A DNA stretch of 64,000 bases. It comes from Mobula hypostoma (taxonomy: Eukaryota). The stretch lies in the NCBI RefSeq assembly GCF_963921235.1, contig NC_086108.1:115570001-115634000 (forward strand). The letters run 5' to 3'. The stretch's first letter is position 1; every line of letters starts with the position of its first letter. Made by a program: the position numbers and the translations under genes. The notes beneath the pieces are model-generated. The model made no database searches and had not been told where the DNA came from. It saw only the letters and a list, made by a program, of their open reading frames with translations. Below are positions 59,001 through 64,000 of the stretch, piece after piece.

Positions 59001-62000
59001 GTGACCGTGTGGAGTTCGCACGTTCTCCCTGTGACCATGTGGGGTTTGCACGTTCTCCCTGTGACCGTGTGGGGTTTGCACGTTCTCCCTGTGACTGTGT
59101 GGAGTTTGCACGTTCTCCCTGTGACCGTGTGGGGTTCGCACGTTCCCCCTCTGACCGTGTGGGGTTTGCACGTTCTCCCTGTGACCGTGTGGAGTTTGCA
59201 CATTCTCCCTGTGACCGTGTTGGGTTGACACGTTCTCCCTGTGACCATGTGGAGTTTGAACGTTCTCCCTGTGACCGTGTGGAGTTTGCATGTTCTCCCT
59301 GTCACTGTGTGGAGTTGACACGTTCTCCCTGAGACCGTGTGGGGTTTGCACGTTCTCCCTGTGACCGTGTGGGGTTTGCACCTTCTCCCTGTGACCGTGT
59401 GGGGTTTGCACATTCCCCCTGTCACCGTTGTGGAGTTGACACGTTCTCCCTGTGACTGTGTGGAGTTTGCATGTTCTCCCTGTGACCGTGTGGAGTTGAC
59501 ACATTCTCCCTGTGACCGTGTGGAGTTTGCATGTTCTCCCTGTGACCGTGTGGAGTTGACACATTCTCCCTGTGACCGTGTGGAGTTTGCACGTTCTCCC
59601 TGTTACCGTGTGGGGTTTGCATGTTCTCCCTGTGACCGTGTGGAGTTTGCATGTTCTCCCTGTGACTGTGTGGTGTCTGCACATTCTCCTTGTGACCGTG
59701 TGGTGTTTGCACGTTCTCCCTGTGACCGTGTGGGGTTCGCACGTTCTCCCTGTGACCGTGTGGGGTTCGCACGTTCCCCCTGTGACCGTGTGGGGTTTGC
59801 ACGTTCTCCCTGTGACCGTGTGGAGTTTGCACGTTCTCCCTGTGACCGTGTGGAGTTGACACGTTCTCCCTGTGACCGTGTGGAGTTTGAACGTTCTCCC
59901 TGTGACCGTGTGGAGTTTGCATGTTCTCCCTGTCACTGTGTGGAGTTGACACGTTCTCCTTGAGACCGTGTGGGGTTTGCACGTTCTCCCTGTGACCGTG
60001 TGGGGTTTGCACGTTCTCCCTGTGACCGTGTGGGGTTTGCACATTCCCCCTGTCACCGTTGTGGAGTTCGCACGTTCTCCCTGCGACCGTGTGGGGTTCG
60101 GACGTTCTTCCTGTGACCGTGTGGAGTTCGCACGTTCTCCCTGCGACCGTGTGGGGTTCGCACATTCTCCCTGTGACCGTGTGGAGTTGACACGTTCTCC
60201 CTGTGGCTGTGTGGAGTTTGCACGTTCTCCCTGTGACCGTGTGGAGTTTGCACGTTCTCCCTGTGACGGTGTGGAGTTGACACGTTCTCCCTGTGACTGT
60301 GTGGGGTTTGCACGTTCTCCCTGTAACCGTGTGGAGTTGACACGTTCTCCCTGTGACCGTGTGGGGTTTGCACGTTCTCTCTGTGACCGAGTGGGGTTTG
60401 CACGTTCTCCCTGTGACCGTGTGGAGTTTGCACGTTCTCCCTGTGACCGTGTGGAGTTTGCATGTTCTCCCTGTGACCGTGTGGAGTTGACACATTCTCC
60501 CTGTGACCGTGTGGGGTTTGCACATTCTCCCTGTGACCGTGTGGAGTTTGCACGTTCTCCCTGTGACCGTGTGGGGTTTGCACGTTCTCCCTGTGACCGA
60601 GTGGGGTTTGCACGTTCTCCCTGCGACCGTGTGGAGTTTGCACGTTCTCCCTGTGACCGTGTGGAGTTTGCATGTTCTCCCTGTGACCGTGTGGAGTTGA
60701 CACATTCTCCCTGTGACCGTGTGGGGTTTGCACGTTCTCCCTGTGACCGTGTGGAGTTTGCACGTTCTCCCTGTTACCATGTGCGGTTTGTATGTTCTCC
60801 CTGTGACCGTGTGGAGTTTGCATGTTCTCCCTGTGACTGTGTGGTGTTTGCACATTCTCCTTGTGACCGTGTGGTGTTTGCACGTTCTCCCTGTGACCGT
60901 GTGGAGTTCGCACGTTCTCCCTGTGTCTTAATGGAGTTTACACATTCTGTCTGTGTCCGTGTGGAGTTTACACATTCTCCCTGTGTCCTTATGGAGTTTA
61001 CATGTTCTGTCTGTGTCCGTGTGGAGTTTACACATTCTCCCTGTGACTGTGTGGGGTTCTCACGTTCTCCCTGTAACCGTGTGGGGTTCGCACGTTCTCC
61101 CTGTGACCATGTAGAGTTCGCACTTTCTCCCTGTGACCGTGTGGTGTTTACACATTCTGACTGTGACCGTATGGAGTTTACAGATTTGTGCAGTTTACAC
61201 ATTTGCCAGGTGGCTGTGTGGAGTTTGCATGCTCTCGCTGTGACCGTGTCGAGTTTGCACGTTCTCACTGTGATCGTGTCGAGTTTACACGTTCTCCATG
61301 TGACTGTGTGGACTTTATACGTTCTCTCCGTGACTGCATATAGTTTGCACGTTCTCACTTTGACTTCGTGGAGTTTACACGTTCTCACTGTGACTTTGTG
61401 GTGTTTCCACGCTCTATATGTGACTGTGGAGTTTACACCTTCTGACTGTGACGGTGTTGAGTTTGCACGCTCTCACTGTGACAGTGTGGCGTTTGCACGC
61501 TCTTGCTGTGACCGTCTGGTGTTTCCACGCTCTCGCCGTGACCGTCTGGCGTTTGCACGCTCTTGCCGTGACCGTGTTGCATTTGCACTCTCCCCCTTTG
61601 ACCTTCTGGCGTTTGCACGTTTTCCCTGTGACCATGTGGAGTTTGCACCTACTCCCTGTGACAGTGGAATTTACACGTTCCGCCTTTGACCGTTGAATTT
61701 ACAAGTTCCGCCTGTGACCGTGTCGAATTTACACGTTCTGGCTGTGACTGTGTCGAGTTTACACGTTCTGTCTGTAATTGTGTGGAGTTTGCATCTTCTG
61801 TCTGTGATTGTGTCGAGTTTACACGTTCTCCCTGTGTCTTTATGAAGTTTACACTTTCTCCCTGTCACCATGTGAGGTTTGCAGGTTCTACCTGTTATCC
61901 CTGAGACCGTGTGGCCTTTGCACGTTGTCCCTGTGACCGTGTGTAGATTGCACATTCTCCCTGTAACTGAGTGCTATTTACACTCTCTCCTTGTGACCGT

Positions 62001-64000
62001 GTGGAGTTTGCACGTTCTCCCTGTGACCGTGGAATTTACACGTTCTGCCTGTGACCGTGTCGAGTTTACACGTTCGGTTTGTGACCATGTCGAGTTTACA
62101 CGTTCTGTATGTGACTGTGTGTAGGTTGTACATTCTCCCTGTGACCGTGCAATTTACACGTTCTCCCTGTGACTGTTTCGAGTTTACACGTTCTATCTGT
62201 GATTGTGTGGAGTTTACACGCTTTGTCTGTGATTGTGTGTAGTTTACATGTTCTCCCTGTGACTGGTGTTTACACGCTCTCCATGTGACTGTGGAGTTTA
62301 CACGTTCTGACTGTGACTGTGTCGAGTTTGCACGTTCTCACTGTGACCGTGTCGAGTTTACACGTTCTCACAGTGACCATGTGGGGTTCGCACGTTCTCC
62401 CTGTGACCGTGTGGTGTTTACACATTCGGACTGTGACCGTGTGGAGTTTACATGTTCTCACTGTGACTGCGGTGCATACATGTTCTCCCCATGACTGTGC
62501 GGCGTTTACACGCTCTCCCCGTGACAGTGCGGCGTTTACTCGCTCCCCCCCGTGAACGTGCGGAGTTAGTACGTTCACCCTGTAACCGTGTGGAGTTAGC
62601 ACGTTCACCCCTTTACCGTGTGGAGTTTTCACGTTCTCCCTGTGTCTTTATGGAGTTTACACGTTCTGTCTGTGTCCGTGTGGAGTTTACGCATTCTCCC
62701 TGTGACCGTGTGGGTTTCGCACGTTCTCCCTGTGACCGTGTGGAGTTTGCACGTTCTCCCTGTGACCATGTCGAGTTTACACGTTCTGTCTGTGATTGTG
62801 TCGAGTTTACACGTTCTGGCTGTGACTGTGTCGAGTTTACACGTTCTCCCTGTGTCTTTATGGAGTTTACACGTTCCCCCTGTGACCGTGTGAGGTTTGC
62901 AGGTTCTACATGTTATCCCTGAGACTGTGTGGCCTTTGCATGTTCTCCCTGTGACCGTGTGGAGTTTGCACGTTCTCCCTGTGACCATGTGGGGTTTACG
63001 CATTCTCCCTGTGACCGTGTGGGGTTCGCACGTTCTCCCTGTGACCGTGTGGAGTTTGCACGTTCTCCCTGTGACCATGTGGGGTTTACACATTCTCCCC
63101 GTGACTGTGCGGCGTTTGCACTCTCTCCCTGTGAACGTGCGGAGTTAGCACATTCACCCCGTGAACGTGTGGAGGTAGCACGTTCACCCCGTGAACGTGT
63201 GGAGTTAGCACGTTCACCCCGTGAACGTGTGGAGTTAGCACGTTCTCCCCGTGAACGCGTGGAGTTAGCACGTTCACCCCGTAACCGTGTGGAGTTAGCA
63301 CGTTCACCCCGTGACCGTGTGGAGTTAGCACGTTCACCCCGTAACCGTGTGGAGTTTCCACGTTCTCCCTGTATGTTTATGGAGTTTACACGTTCTGTCT
63401 GTGTCCGTGTGGAGTTTACACGTTCTCCCTGTGACTGTGTGGGGTTCGCACGTTCTCCCTGTGACCGTGTGGGGTTCGCACGTTCACCCTGTGACCGTGT
63501 GGGGTTCGCACATTCACCCCGTGACCATGTGGAGTTTCCATGTTCTCCCTCTGTCTTTATGGAGTTTACACGTTCTGTCTGTGTCCGTGTGGAGTTTACA
63601 CGTTCTCTGTGTGTCCGTGTGGAGCTTACACGTTCTCTGTGTGTCCGTGTGGAGTTTACATGTTCTCCCTGTGACTGTGTGCCGTTTGCAAGCTCTCACT
63701 GGGACCGTGTGGCGTTTCCAAGCTCTCACTGTGACTGTGTGGCGTTTGCACGCTCTTGACGTGACCGTGTGGCGTTTTCACTCTCCCCCTCTGACCTTCT
63801 GGCGTTTGCACGCTCTCGCCGTGACCGTGTTGCGTTTGCACCTTCTCCATGTGACCGTCTGGACTTTATACAATCTCACTGTGACTACGTGTAGTTTGCA
63901 CGTTCTCACTTTGACTTCGTGGAGTTTACACGTTCTCACTGTGACTTTGTGGTGTTTCCGCGCTCTATATGTGACTGTGGAGTTTACACGTTCTGACTGC

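Larger units (their letters stand above)
34448..64000 (+). repeat. 30-bp satellite array, ~870 units, running off the window end; monomer GTGGAGTTTGCACGTTCTCCCTGTGACCGT
   Basis: Direct inspection. Interrupted at 34584-38018; diverged at 34448-34583 and beyond ~61150. Confidence 0.99.

Noticed and set aside
38041..63850. Very long Cys-rich ORFs (up to 1128 aa; CDRVEFARSP repeats) and their antisense counterparts
   Set aside because: A 30-bp unit that lacks stops in several frames yields these automatically. Frames are broken by 29- and 31-bp monomers, and there is no splice or start context.
34448..64000. CRISPR-like array (30-bp repeats)
   Set aside because: Units are head-to-tail with no unique spacers, there are no cas genes, and the context is vertebrate.

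Overview
Eukaryotic (vertebrate) DNA, most likely a cartilaginous fish (shark or ray). That assignment is an inference from the repeat complement: dense CR1 LINEs, Penelope-type pLTR fragments, Rex/Babar, Tx1, a Gmr1-type Gypsy and a V-SINE-like core. Positions 1-34.4 kb are almost entirely nested, decayed retroelements plus mini- and microsatellites. The only recognisable host-gene sequence is two minus-strand exons of the cardiac kinase TNNI3K (33296-33517). They have intact splice sites but a 3-codon deletion and no intact neighbouring exons in the window. From ~34.45 kb to the end (>29 kb) is a 30-bp tandem array (~870 units) whose monomer is the conserved V-domain of a tRNA-derived V-SINE. 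A decayed SINE head still sits at the array's left edge, a solo LTR (itself interrupted by a young CR1) is inserted near that edge, and the array shows hierarchical duplications up to 4553 bp. Penelope fragments carry minimal hammerhead-ribozyme motifs. The long ORFs in the array and the (TG)n tract are repeat artefacts. No prokaryotic features, CRISPR arrays, rRNA or true tRNA genes were seen. All family assignments come from motif recognition by eye, not database searches.
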